DNA of 42,241 nucleotides from a virus (Duplodnaviria > Caudoviricetes): positions 1 through 42,241 of the IMG/VR virus record IMGVR_UViG_3300016649_000263. The stretch is one strand, 5' to 3'. Within the stretch, counting starts at the first letter, position 1; each line of letters opens with the position of its first letter. The position numbers and the translations under genes are program-made. Shown piece by piece: positions 25,175 through 35,739 of the stretch. Below the pieces are notes generated by a model. The model worked only from the letters and a program-made list of their open reading frames with translations. It had not been told where the DNA came from and did no database searches.

Positions 25175-27633
25175 TGGCCGTTAGCGCAATGCAGGCATCA
25201 TTTGCAGGTGGTGAAATCTCCCCAAACCTTTACGGCCGCGTTGACCTTGAGCGCTATGCCAGTTCGCTACGCCGGTGCCGCAACTTCATGGTGCGCCAGT
25301 TCGGTGGCGTCGATAACCGAGCTGGGTTTCGATTCCTGGGCGAAGCAAAAAGCTCTTCCCAGAAGTGCCGGTTAATCCCTTTCCAGTTCTCAGTTAGCCA
25401 GACCTTTGCGCTGGAGTTTGGTGCAAATTACGTTCGCATCTGGGCAAACGGCGCGCAGGTTGTTTACTCGACTGGTCCGAATGTCGGGCAGCCAGTCGAA
25501 GTTGTCACCCCATATGCAGAGGGTGATTTGTTTATGCTTAAGTTCACACAGTCCGCTGACGTGATGACTATCTGTCATGCCAATTATCCTCCAATGGAGA
25601 TCCGCAGGTATGGCAATGAAGACTGGCGCACTGCGCTAGTAAGTACCAACGATGGACCATTCCAGGACGGAAACATCGATGAGGCGGTCACCGTAACCGC
25701 ATCCGGAGAAACTGGAGCCGTAACGTTGACATCCACCAGCGCGATATTCACCGCTGAGCAGGTGGGAACGCTGTTCTTTATCGAGCAACTGAATACCGGC
25801 ACTATTGCAAAGTGGGAAACGGACAAAACTGTCACCCTCGGACAACAGATCAGGTATTCGACCAACTATTACGAATGCACCCGCGCAGGTAAAACGGGGA
25901 CAGTTGCACCAACTCATACATCTGGTAAGGCACTGGATGGTTGGTATGGCGATGACAATAGCGCCGAGTGGCTCTACATCCACAGTGGTAATGGTATCGC
26001 CAGAATTACGGCTGTCGCTGGTGATGGCCTGACAGCCACTGCAGATGTTATTAATCGACTGCCGAAAGACCTGGTCACTACGCCGAGCTATAAGTGGGCG
26101 AAGTTTGCATGGAACAGCGTCGATGGTTACCCATCTACCGTAGTTTATTTCCAGCAGCGCCTGATGTTCGCTGCCTCTAACTCATTTCCACAAACCGTTT
26201 GGACCAGTAAGAGCGGCGACTATAAAGACTTCGGGACCTCTGTTCCATCTGTCGATGATGATGCGATCAGTTATACATACGCCGGTCGCCAACTGAATAA
26301 AATCCTGCACCTCATCGATGTTGGCTCGCTGGTCGCTCTGACATCCGGTGGAGAGTACAAAGTCAACGGAGATCAGACAAACACGCTCACGCCATCGACA
26401 TTCAATTTCAGCTCTCAGGGGCAGAATGGCGCCAGCGATGTGCCGCCGATTGCAATAAGTAACGTGGCGTTGTTCGTTCAGCAGAAAGGTGGCGCAGTCC
26501 GTGATCTGGCCTACTCGTTCGACGTGGACGGGTTCCAAGGTTCTGACCTAACAATTCTGGCAAACCATTTGTTTATCGGTCACCAAATTGTGGACTGGGC
26601 TTTTGCCATCACGCCGTTCAGCATTGTCTGGTGCATCCGGGATGATGGCCTGCTCATGGGGTTGACGTATCTGCGCGACCAGCAGGTTGTAGCCTGGCAT
26701 CCGCACCCAGCAACAAACGGATATTACGAATCGGTATGCAGCATCAGTGAAGGCAATGAAGATGCTGTGTATGCCGTTGTGCGCCGCGTTATCAATGGGC
26801 AGACCAAGCGTTACGTTGAGCGACTCGACTCCCGCATGTTCGCAGACATCAGCGATTCATTCATCGTTGACAGCGGTCTGAGTTACGACGGCCGCAATAC
26901 TGACGGGGCACGAACCGTCATCCTGACTGGCGGAAGCGGCGAGTGGGATTATCGCACTGATTACACGCTTACAATCAGCGGATCCAGCTTCTTCTCCGGC
27001 GGGAATGTTGGCGATGAAATGCATCTTCCTTATACCGAAGACGCGACTGACATGATCCTGAAGCTTCTGATTGTGTCTGTGGGGAGCGGGAATGTTGTCA
27101 CAGTGCGAGCAAACCGAAACGTGCCTGCACAATTTCAGGGTGTGGCCACCGCGTCATGGAATATGGCGAAAGCTAATTTCTCCGGCCTGTCTCACCTCGA
27201 AGGCCAGACCGTCAGCATTCTTTCCGACGGTAATGTCGAGCCACAAAAGGTTGTTAGTGGCGGGGCTATTTCACTGGAAACGCCAGGGGCTGTTGTCCAT
27301 GTGGGGCTGCCGATTAATGCCGTGATTGAAACGCTGGATATCAATTTCGCCGGACAGGAAACCATTCTCGACAAGAAAAAAATCATCAACAAAGCCGACA
27401 TCATGGTGCAGGACAGTCGCGGTATTTTCGCCGGAACGCCGGGCGGGAAGATGTACGAATATCCGCAGCGTGAGTTTGAGTTTTATGATGACCCGGTCAG
27501 CAATAAAACCGGACTGGTGACCGTTGATCTCGACTCTGAGTGGGATAAATCAGGACGCGTAATCGTCAGTCAGTCGGATCCGCTTCCGCTCTCCATCCTG
27601 TCTATCATCCCGAAAATAACGGTGGGTGGCTGA
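25174..27633 (+). CDS. Tail nozzle/tubular protein B
   Basis: Q.SFAGGEISP.L.GRVDL..Y, YPS.V..FQQRL.FA, VW.SKSGDY.DF; 819 aa. Confidence 0.85.
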   Translation: MAVSAMQASFAGGEISPNLYGRVDLERYASSLRRCRNFMVRQFGGVDNRAGFRFLGEAKSSSQKCRLIPFQFSVSQTFALEFGANYVRIWANGAQVVYSTGPNVGQPVEVVTPYAEGDLFMLKFTQSADVMTICHANYPPMEIRRYGNEDWRTALVSTNDGPFQDGNIDEAVTVTASGETGAVTLTSTSAIFTAEQVGTLFFIEQLNTGTIAKWETDKTVTLGQQIRYSTNYYECTRAGKTGTVAPTHTSGKALDGWYGDDNSAEWLYIHSGNGIARITAVAGDGLTATADVINRLPKDLVTTPSYKWAKFAWNSVDGYPSTVVYFQQRLMFAASNSFPQTVWTSKSGDYKDFGTSVPSVDDDAISYTYAGRQLNKILHLIDVGSLVALTSGGEYKVNGDQTNTLTPSTFNFSSQGQNGASDVPPIAISNVALFVQQKGGAVRDLAYSFDVDGFQGSDLTILANHLFIGHQIVDWAFAITPFSIVWCIRDDGLLMGLTYLRDQQVVAWHPHPATNGYYESVCSISEGNEDAVYAVVRRVINGQTKRYVERLDSRMFADISDSFIVDSGLSYDGRNTDGARTVILTGGSGEWDYRTDYTLTISGSSFFSGGNVGDEMHLPYTEDATDMILKLLIVSVGSGNVVTVRANRNVPAQFQGVATASWNMAKANFSGLSHLEGQTVSILSDGNVEPQKVVSGGAISLETPGAVVHVGLPINAVIETLDINFAGQETILDKKKIINKADIMVQDSRGIFAGTPGGKMYEYPQREFEFYDDPVSNKTGLVTVDLDSEWDKSGRVIVSQSDPLPLSILSIIPKITVGG

Positions 27634-27634
27634 T

Positions 27635-28099
27635 ATGCGCAAAGTAGAAATCGTACCGGCCACAGAGCAGCACGCAGAAGAGATGCTGCCTTTCATTCGC
27701 CAGGCTGACATTGATGAATTTTATGCTGCTGCACTTATCAATCCTGACGAGGTGTTGCGCCGGTCGATGAACGCCTCATCAATCTGCTGGGCTGGTCTCA
27801 TCGATGGTGAGGTTGTAGGGATCTTTGGTGTCTGCCCGGCATCAATGCTGACCGGATTCGGGGTTCCCTGGCTGGTTGGTACTGACAGGCTGGAGAAAGT
27901 GCAGGTTACTTTTCTTCGTCATTGCCGCCCGGTGCTGGCACAAATGCTGACGCTGTACCCGCGTCTCGAAAACTTTGTTGATGCCCGCAATACCGCCGCG
28001 AAATCGTGGCTGCACTGGCTTGGCTTCACTCTTAATGACGCGCAACCCTATGGCGCGTTGCAATTACCTTTCCACCATTTCCATTTGAGGGCTGAATAA
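27635..28099 (+). CDS. GNAT-like virion assembly protein (T7 gp13-like)
   Basis: R.ADI.E, PWLVGT, LEN.VDARN......WL.WLGF. Confidence 0.7.
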   Translation: MRKVEIVPATEQHAEEMLPFIRQADIDEFYAAALINPDEVLRRSMNASSICWAGLIDGEVVGIFGVCPASMLTGFGVPWLVGTDRLEKVQVTFLRHCRPVLAQMLTLYPRLENFVDARNTAAKSWLHWLGFTLNDAQPYGALQLPFHHFHLRAE

Positions 28100-28677
28100 T
28101 GTGTGAGCCAACCACAGCAGTTCTGGCAATTACCGCCATTGCAGCAGCGGCATCAGCTGCCAGCGCAGTGAAACAGGGGCGCGATGCCAATAAACTGGCT
28201 AACGCTAACGCTGATAACATGGAGCAGGCAGGCAGAGATGCGATTAACGCCGGTAACTCACAAGCGCTTCAGCAGAGAAATCAGGGACGCCAATTAGCTG
28301 GCCGGCAGGCTGCCGCGTTCGGTGCCAACGGTACTGATATGACATCCGGATCGGCGCTGAATACCTTCGGTGATACCGCATCAGGCACTGAACTTGATGC
28401 GCTGACCACCATCAATAACGCATCACGGCAGGCTGCCGGTCTGGACTTCCAAGCCAGCGCCAGCCGCGCCCAGGGTAAGATTGACCAGAACGCCGGGTAT
28501 GCAAAAGCGGGTTCCACAATCTTAAACAGCACGCTCAGCGGTTTCTCTGCATATCAGACAATGGGCGGTTTCAGTAAAGCGGCTTCTACAGGCTCGAGTA
28601 CTGCTTCATCAAGCAGTATGTTCTCGAATCTATCAAAGCAGCCGTATTCCACTAAATCCCCATTCTCATTCAACTAA
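28099..28677 (+). CDS. Small internal virion/ejection protein
   Basis: MCEP N-terminus, A/G/Q/S-rich, Q.A..GANG....GS; position before the large ejection proteins. Confidence 0.75.
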   Translation: MCEPTTAVLAITAIAAAASAASAVKQGRDANKLANANADNMEQAGRDAINAGNSQALQQRNQGRQLAGRQAAAFGANGTDMTSGSALNTFGDTASGTELDALTTINNASRQAAGLDFQASASRAQGKIDQNAGYAKAGSTILNSTLSGFSAYQTMGGFSKAASTGSSTASSSSMFSNLSKQPYSTKSPFSFN

Positions 28678-28686
28678 GGTGAAATC

Positions 28687-31449
28687 ATGCCTACAGTACC
28701 GGTTCCGCAGTACGAACGTCAGAGCGTAGATCGCCCTGGTCCAGTTAACACTGCCAACATTCAGCAGCGTCCTGGTGCGTTGGATGCTATCGCTGATTTT
28801 GGGAATAACCTGTCTGGCATCATTCAGGAACAGAAGCATAAAACCGATTTGGCCTTTGCCCAGAATGCTCTGCTGGATTTCAATAAACAGGCTGATGACC
28901 TGATCAATAACCCACAGACTGGCCTGGTGACAAAGCAGGGTGCTAATGCGCTGGGGCAGAGTCAGCAGGTTGCCGGACAATTGTCAGAGATTGCTGATAA
29001 AGCCTATTCTGCGATACCGGACGGTCCTGTTAAAGATCAGTTCCGCGTCCAGTTCCAGCAGGCAGGCCAGCAAGTATCAAGCCGCGCAAAAACCTATGAG
29101 ATTGGGCAGCGGCAGCAATTCGAACAGAGTCAATTTCAGGGGCTTATTACAAACCTCCAGCAGCAGGCTGAAAACAGCTTTGATGATAATCAGGGTTTCA
29201 TCGATGCCAACCTCACGGCCAGAGACCAGATCATGGCTTACGGGCAAACGCACGGCCAAAGCCCTGAAGAGATTGAAGCCAACTGGGTTAATTTCCGTGA
29301 TAAGTCATCCAAGGCTGCTTTAACTGCTCAGCTCACAGCTGGGAGGTACGATCAGTTCATTCAGAAAAATGGTGAGCCTTCTGATCTTGGTGGCGTCACC
29401 CGCTTCACATCGCATGGCAATTCTTCTCCTGCGCGTGGACTGAGAAACAATAACCCTGGGAACATTGAAGCAAGCGACGCAAACCCATGGGAAGGGCAGA
29501 TAGGTAGTGATGGGCGATTCGCTAAGTTCGAAACGCCAGAGCACGGGATCCGTGCGTTGGGTAAAAATCTTCTCTCATACCAACGTCAGGGGGTAGACAC
29601 CGTCACAGATGTTGTAAACCGTTGGGCGCCAGCATCAGACGGGAATGATACAAATAGCTATATCAGCGCGTTGTGTAAAACCCTTGGCGTTGGTGCAAAT
29701 GATCAGTTGGATATGACTAACCCGCGTACTTTGGCGGCGCTCTGCGCTGGAATTGTCAGCCATGAAAATGGTAACCAGCCTTATACAGAAGACCAGATCA
29801 ATACCGGTGTCAGCGCGGCGCTGGGGTTGTCTGCTCTTAACTCATCGAAACGCCGCACTGGTAATGCTGCATTCGATGCTGCCAGTCCTGCAACCCAAGG
29901 GCAGTTTCTCCGCCAGGCTCAGGCCATGCAAAACGAACAGCGCGCACTTTATGCTCAGCAGATTGGTTCATCCGTTAAAGACGCTTATGCCGCACTTGAT
30001 GAGGGTTTCAGGCCAAGCCAGATGCCTACGCAGAATGATTTCATTCAAGCATATGGCCCATTAAAAGGCTCAAGGCAATGGCAGGATATGCAAGATCAGG
30101 TGAAGTATGGCGCTGTGATCGGCGCAGCCAAAGACATGTCACCATCTGGACGTCAGGATGTACTTGAGCGACTGCGCCCGAACGATCCTAACGAACCGAA
30201 TTTCGCAGCCAACCAGCAGCGCTGGGACAAAATGCAGGCGAAATTTAAACAACTTGATGCAGAGTGGGAAAAAGGCCAGGGTGTAAATCGCTTTACATCA
30301 TCTCTTCAAAATAATTTCCCATTGGATCCTAACGACAAAAATAATCAGGCCGCCGCAGACCATTACTTTGATCAGAACGTCGCTCCTAACTTTAATTTGA
30401 GAAGTGATGATAGCCTTAACCAGGTAGCAAATATCACCACTAAGTCAGGAATTCTCCCAACACAAGTCAAAACAATGCTCACTGCCGGTGCAACTTCGAA
30501 AGACCCGGCGGTTGTTGTTCCGATGGCCAGAATGTACGGCCAAATTTTTGACAACAACCCTGCCGCTGTGACCAATCTGGATAAAGGGGCGATGGCATTT
30601 TACGCCAAGGTTTACGCCTATGACCGTGCTGGAGTTCCGGCAGATAAAGCTGTTGATATGTCTTATAGCCAGGTGTACGAGCAGGATGATCGTACCAAGC
30701 AAATGATCAGCACAAAGCAGCGTGATAAAGATTATTTGAAAGGCCGGGAGTCTGCTGCACAAAGTAATATCAGCGCGCTGACATCAGCGACGTCATTCAC
30801 TCCATCAGCGAGTGACCCGTCACGCTCGAATCTTCAATATCAGCGTGACTACCAGACTATTTATGATGCCAATTTTGCGCAGACTGGCGGGGATGCCGGT
30901 CAGGCGGAAGCCATGACAAACGCCATGATCAGGAATACATGGGGTGTGTCATCAGTAAATGGCAGTCCTGAGATCATGAAGTATGCGCCGGAGGCGGTGT
31001 ATGGCGTTAATAACGGCTCAGGCAATTGGATTCAGGGGCAATGGGGGAATGAGAAAAGGGAGTTACTCGATAAATCTTTCGGTGGCCAGCGCGATGACAC
31101 GGATCTTGTTTTAGTGCCCGACGCCGTTACCCCTCGAGATCAAAGCTACAGCGTGATGGTGCGTCAGAAAAACGCCGAAGGATATGATGATGTGAGGCCA
31201 TATTATGGCGAAACTGGGATGCCTGTTCGATTCAAGCCAGACCAAAAAATATCGCCAATGTACAAAGCAACAATGGGCTTCCAGCAGCAACGTTTAGAAG
31301 CAGCCAAAGAGCAGCGCCAGCAAAGTGAAACGGTAACATCGTCTGGTTTCACCAATGACACAGGTTATCAGCCACCAGATTTCACGAAACCATTTGGCGC
31401 AGGTATTGCTAACCAGTTGCCATCAAACATTACAGCCGGGGGGAAATGA
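28687..31449 (+). CDS. Internal virion/ejection protein with embedded lysozyme-like domain
   Basis: MPTVP start; RGLRNNNPGNI...FAKF.TPEHGIRA...RWAP..D.NDT..Y...HENG. Confidence 0.75.
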   Translation: MPTVPVPQYERQSVDRPGPVNTANIQQRPGALDAIADFGNNLSGIIQEQKHKTDLAFAQNALLDFNKQADDLINNPQTGLVTKQGANALGQSQQVAGQLSEIADKAYSAIPDGPVKDQFRVQFQQAGQQVSSRAKTYEIGQRQQFEQSQFQGLITNLQQQAENSFDDNQGFIDANLTARDQIMAYGQTHGQSPEEIEANWVNFRDKSSKAALTAQLTAGRYDQFIQKNGEPSDLGGVTRFTSHGNSSPARGLRNNNPGNIEASDANPWEGQIGSDGRFAKFETPEHGIRALGKNLLSYQRQGVDTVTDVVNRWAPASDGNDTNSYISALCKTLGVGANDQLDMTNPRTLAALCAGIVSHENGNQPYTEDQINTGVSAALGLSALNSSKRRTGNAAFDAASPATQGQFLRQAQAMQNEQRALYAQQIGSSVKDAYAALDEGFRPSQMPTQNDFIQAYGPLKGSRQWQDMQDQVKYGAVIGAAKDMSPSGRQDVLERLRPNDPNEPNFAANQQRWDKMQAKFKQLDAEWEKGQGVNRFTSSLQNNFPLDPNDKNNQAAADHYFDQNVAPNFNLRSDDSLNQVANITTKSGILPTQVKTMLTAGATSKDPAVVVPMARMYGQIFDNNPAAVTNLDKGAMAFYAKVYAYDRAGVPADKAVDMSYSQVYEQDDRTKQMISTKQRDKDYLKGRESAAQSNISALTSATSFTPSASDPSRSNLQYQRDYQTIYDANFAQTGGDAGQAEAMTNAMIRNTWGVSSVNGSPEIMKYAPEAVYGVNNGSGNWIQGQWGNEKRELLDKSFGGQRDDTDLVLVPDAVTPRDQSYSVMVRQKNAEGYDDVRPYYGETGMPVRFKPDQKISPMYKATMGFQQQRLEAAKEQRQQSETVTSSGFTNDTGYQPPDFTKPFGAGIANQLPSNITAGGK

Positions 31450-34400
31450 TGCCAACTTACGAGCAAAAACCTGATGAACTTTTGTCTGCTGATGTCAGCC
31501 AGATCCCGCAGCCAGAAGACAATAGCTTTTATCAGCAAACACCTTCATTGCTTTCTGCTCTGAACCCATTCACTCAGGATCAGCAGGTGCAGCGTTCCCG
31601 CGATGCGGCTTTCCGCCTGGATAACTCTCTGGGAAGCTTTATTGCCAGTGCGCCATTTAGCCAGTTTGATAAGGTCGATGGCTATAACCCATTTGATAAT
31701 AATGCTGCCGACCTGACAGGTTATGAAGACTATGCCGATTCGTTTATCGATGCCGGATCTTCTGAAGAGACCATGGCGATAAAACACAGAATCGATAAGC
31801 AGCTGCAGGATAAAGATTTCTTAAATGAAAGCGGCGGCGCTGGGACTATAGCCAGTATGGCTATGGGGGTGATTGACCCCATTAACCTGGCCGCCATGTT
31901 TGTCCCTGCTGGCGCGGTAGTTCGTGGCGGTGATATTGCAGCCACTGCAGGGCGGTTCGCCTTAGCAAACGCGGCAGGTGGGGTGGCTTCAGAAGTTGCC
32001 TTAGGTGCGACGCAGGATACAAGAACTATCGGGGAAAGCGCTGCTAATGTAATTGTCGATGCAATGGTCGGCGGCATTCTGGGAACCGGCGCCCAACTTC
32101 TGGCTGGCGCGGGACAGCGTGCTGCAATTTCTCAGGCAGTCGCAACCAGCCTGAGAGGAAATGATTCTCCGCAGAGTATTGGTGCCGCTCAGGTGTTTAA
32201 TACAACGCTGGATCAGGAGCAACTTGCTGGCCTGGGCCTGATCAATAAAACACTTAGCGTTAACCCGGGTGGCCGCCTGGCACAGTCACCAGCGAGATCA
32301 TCACGTGCCATAAATCAGCAACTGGCTGAGAACAACTATTTCTTTGCCAAAAATGACGAGGGTCTTGCGACATTTACAGCCGCTGAGACAAAGATAAAGC
32401 AATACGACACCATGCTCTATAAGCAAATGGAATCCACTAAAGACGCCTATCAGGCTTATAGCAAAAGCATCAGCGCCAGCGGTGGTAAGCGAATGAACTT
32501 CGTAGACTTCAATGAGGCGGTAGGTGCCGCGATGCGCCGTGGTGATCAGAGCGATATACCGGAAGTCGCCCAGGCTGCAGCATCTATCCGGCCAATTTTT
32601 GAGGCCACAAAAACGCGTATGCAGGAATTAGGGATACTTCCTGAAGATGTCAGTGTATCAACCGCTCAAAGTTATCTCCCTCGCGTATACAAGTTCGACA
32701 AAATCCTATCTGACCGCACAGAGTTTCGGGGGCGCATAGCGACATGGCTGCGTGGCATCAGCTATGGCGGGGCGGAAAAGGCCACTGCACGTCTGGAGAA
32801 AATAAACGCCGGGCTGAATGATGCCGCGGAAGCTGCTCCCAAGGCAAAGGCATTGGCTGATGACATCACCGCCTCCCAGGCATGGGCGGGGAGGGAGGCT
32901 GAGTTAAAAACTGAAATTGCTGCCCGGGATAAAATCATCAAAGAAAGCGATGACGCAGCAGCGGTGACTGCGGCAAAAGCCGAGCGTGATACCTTTGCCC
33001 GCCACAGCAATATTCTGGAAAACACCAAGAAGTACCAGTCTGAGCTGCGCGCGCTGAATAAAAAGGTGAAATCAACCGACAGGCTGAACGCGAGTCGCGA
33101 GCGGAATATCAAAAATTCAGAACCACTGAGCCGTGAAGAAGCAGAGGATGCTGCAGATGAAATCGTAAATAAAATCATCGGCGCGCCGTCTGGCTTTGTT
33201 CCGGCTGATGTCATCCCTGAAAAGATCATTGGCCGAGCTGGTTTTACAAAAAGCCGTAGCCTTCTTATTCCTGATGAGCGAATCGAGGACTTTTTAGAGT
33301 CCGACATCAATCATGTTATGGAAAGCTACCTACGCCAGATAGGCCCCGAGATTGAGCTTACCGCCCGGTTCGGCAGCAAAGATATGGGTGAGCAGATCAG
33401 GCAGGTTTCTGAGGAGTACACCCAGCTTATTCGTGATGCCAAAACCCCTAAAGAGCGTGCCAAACTAGAGAAGCAACGCAGTGCCGATCTCCGGGATATC
33501 GAAGCAATGCGCGACAGATTGATCGGAACCTACGGTGCACCAAGGGATCCACGGAGCTTTTTTGTGCGTGCTGGGCGCGTGGCTCGTAACGTTAATTTTC
33601 TTCGTCTGCTTGGCGGCATGACAATTTCTGCGGCAACTGACCTTATGCGCCCGGTAATGCAACATGGCCTCAGCAAGTCTTTGCGTCCAATGGGTGTAAT
33701 GCTAAGAAACATGGCCGCTATCAAAGTTGCCACCAAGGATTTACGTGAAATGGCGGTTGGCCTCGACTATGTTTTATCGACAAGAACAAAGGCCATTGCT
33801 GATCTTACCGACCCATATAGCCGCCGCTCAGCACTGGAGAGGGGGCTTAATTGGGGTACGCAGAAGTTCGGTAACTGGACGTTAATGAATCAGTGGAACA
33901 GTGCACTGAAATCGTGGAGTGGGATGATTGTTCAATCACGCATATTGGACAACGCTCAATTGCTTGCTGCTGGAAAAGAGCTACCACAGAAGGAGATGCG
34001 CAAGCTGGCTCAGCTCGGTATTGATCAGGGAATGCTTGGCCGCATCGCCGAGCAATATTCAAAGCATGGTGAGGATATGGACGGTCTGTTGACCGGGCAT
34101 AGTCATCTGTGGGATGACCGTGTTGTTCGCGAAGCTTTTCAGTCGGCCGTACTCAAGGATGTTGACTCGACTGTTGTAACGCCAGGTGTTGGTGATACAC
34201 CATTAATGATGAGTAATGAGGTAGGGAAAACATTATTACAGTTTAAAACTTTCATCTTCGCCCAGCATAACCGCGTTATTGTCTCTGGTATTCAGCAGGG
34301 TGATGCATCATTTTATCTTGGAGCGCTTGGCACTATTGCTCTGGGTGCAATGGTTTACGTTATGAAGCAGAAACTAAGCGGAAGAGATGTTGATTACAGC

Positions 34401-34736
34401 CCGAATAACCTGGTGAAAGAGGGGATTGATAGGGCGGGTATGATTGGGTGGCTTTCTGAACCATTGAATACCGTGGAGAATGTCAGTGGTGGGCGCTTTG
34501 GGCTTGGCGCCATGTTCGGCGCACCGCCGGTATCGCGCTTCCAGAGCCGTAATGCAATCGGTGCTTTAATGGGGCCGACGTTTGATATGGCTGGCGATGG
34601 TGCGACGATCGCCAATGGCGTGTTGAATGGAGAATTTGACGACAAACAGACACATGCCGTCAGGAAGTTGCTACCATATCAAAACCTCTTTTACATTTCT
34701 CCGTTGCTTAATCGCGTAGAAGAACAACTTAAATAA
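31446..34736 (+). CDS. Large internal virion DNA-ejection protein
   Basis: 1096 aa; YLPRVY, QFKTF motifs; last gene of the ejection cluster. Confidence 0.8.
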   Translation: MMPTYEQKPDELLSADVSQIPQPEDNSFYQQTPSLLSALNPFTQDQQVQRSRDAAFRLDNSLGSFIASAPFSQFDKVDGYNPFDNNAADLTGYEDYADSFIDAGSSEETMAIKHRIDKQLQDKDFLNESGGAGTIASMAMGVIDPINLAAMFVPAGAVVRGGDIAATAGRFALANAAGGVASEVALGATQDTRTIGESAANVIVDAMVGGILGTGAQLLAGAGQRAAISQAVATSLRGNDSPQSIGAAQVFNTTLDQEQLAGLGLINKTLSVNPGGRLAQSPARSSRAINQQLAENNYFFAKNDEGLATFTAAETKIKQYDTMLYKQMESTKDAYQAYSKSISASGGKRMNFVDFNEAVGAAMRRGDQSDIPEVAQAAASIRPIFEATKTRMQELGILPEDVSVSTAQSYLPRVYKFDKILSDRTEFRGRIATWLRGISYGGAEKATARLEKINAGLNDAAEAAPKAKALADDITASQAWAGREAELKTEIAARDKIIKESDDAAAVTAAKAERDTFARHSNILENTKKYQSELRALNKKVKSTDRLNASRERNIKNSEPLSREEAEDAADEIVNKIIGAPSGFVPADVIPEKIIGRAGFTKSRSLLIPDERIEDFLESDINHVMESYLRQIGPEIELTARFGSKDMGEQIRQVSEEYTQLIRDAKTPKERAKLEKQRSADLRDIEAMRDRLIGTYGAPRDPRSFFVRAGRVARNVNFLRLLGGMTISAATDLMRPVMQHGLSKSLRPMGVMLRNMAAIKVATKDLREMAVGLDYVLSTRTKAIADLTDPYSRRSALERGLNWGTQKFGNWTLMNQWNSALKSWSGMIVQSRILDNAQLLAAGKELPQKEMRKLAQLGIDQGMLGRIAEQYSKHGEDMDGLLTGHSHLWDDRVVREAFQSAVLKDVDSTVVTPGVGDTPLMMSNEVGKTLLQFKTFIFAQHNRVIVSGIQQGDASFYLGALGTIALGAMVYVMKQKLSGRDVDYSPNNLVKEGIDRAGMIGWLSEPLNTVENVSGGRFGLGAMFGAPPVSRFQSRNAIGALMGPTFDMAGDGATIANGVLNGEFDDKQTHAVRKLLPYQNLFYISPLLNRVEEQLK

Positions 34737-34781
34737 CCAACAGGCGCCAGGTTTTTCAGTGGCAGAATAAGGAAATAAACA

Positions 34782-35420
34782 ATGCGGATATTTTTGTTAC
34801 TTTTAATAATTTTCTCCTTTAACTCTACCGCTGCCTCATGTGCTTTGTCTAAGGGGGTTGGATTTCATGTACCAATGGATAGCAAAGGAACTCTATGCCT
34901 CAATAACTCCAATTATGGTGAGGAGTTAGCCAAGTCTAAGGGATATGAATTAACAAGTTTTACGCTTCTATCAAAGGATGTAATTTTCTTTTCCGCTGGA
35001 AATGGTATTGATTCTTATATCTTCATGGGCACTCCGGTAGGAATCGGCATGCAGGTAAGAGAGTCTCCATCGGATGATGTAGAGAAGAACATCACAGGCA
35101 TTAATTCAGTTACTTATAATAAGTTTACTAATGAAGTTTTCTTCTTAACTGACGCATGGGCCACATCAGCAGCGGTTCATAAATTTGACATTGGACCGAT
35201 CAGTGAAGAAAAGAAAGTGACACCAGTATTTGTTACTAGTGGAAATTCTATTTCAGTTGTAAATAGTGGGAAATACGTTGGAAATATTATTGTTGAGAAG
35301 CATAAATATAAAGATGGTGGCGGTTCATACGACCCTTATGTACTTGTAACGCCTGATGGAAAAACAATTAAAGAGCTGGGTGAAGATCAGTCTTCGGTTA
35401 GCAATGCACTACTAAAATAG
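34782..35420 (+). CDS. Exported protein of unknown function (moron-like)
   Basis: Signal peptide MRIFLLLLIIFSFNSTAA; AT-rich; own RBS and terminator. Confidence 0.7.
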   Translation: MRIFLLLLIIFSFNSTAASCALSKGVGFHVPMDSKGTLCLNNSNYGEELAKSKGYELTSFTLLSKDVIFFSAGNGIDSYIFMGTPVGIGMQVRESPSDDVEKNITGINSVTYNKFTNEVFFLTDAWATSAAVHKFDIGPISEEKKVTPVFVTSGNSISVVNSGKYVGNIIVEKHKYKDGGGSYDPYVLVTPDGKTIKELGEDQSSVSNALLK

Positions 35421-35440
35421 CCCCATCCTTGGGGCTTTTT
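35419..35440. terminator. Probably bidirectional terminator between convergent genes
   Basis: AGCCCCA-TCCT-TGGGGCT with T run on the right and A run on the left. Confidence 0.75.
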
Positions 35441-35442
35441 CA

Positions 35443-35604
35443 TTAACGAATCCCTTTACCACCTTCGCGGGAATCCTCTGATCGTCCGCCACAAATTGAC
35501 CCATCTGATGCGGTGTCACTATCATGCTGGCAGTTACCTGCAAAAGCCTGTACAGATGTGCCGAGAGAAAGAGTAACCAGAAGCATTGCGAATAATTTTT
35601 TCAT
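35443..35604 (-). CDS. Small secreted two-Cys peptide (53 aa)
   Basis: MKKLFAMLLVTLSLGTSVQAFA signal peptide; mature GNCQHDSDTASDGSICGGRS...; ATG 35604. Confidence 0.75.
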   Translation of the reverse strand: MKKLFAMLLVTLSLGTSVQAFAGNCQHDSDTASDGSICGGRSEDSREGGKGIR

Positions 35605-35711
35605 GTAATACCTGTGTGTAGTTAAGGCCACAAATGTGGCCCATCAAAAGTATTATCTTAAGTTAAATTTTACCAGTGAATAATTGGATTTTGTGGCCAT
35701 ACCCCAGACAC

Positions 35712-35735
35712 AAAAAAGCCCGCATCGCGGGCTTT
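35712..35735 (-). terminator. Intrinsic terminator
   Basis: AAAGCCCGC-GAT-GCGGGC followed by TTTTTT on the minus strand. Confidence 0.8.
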
Positions 35736-35739
35736 ATCT

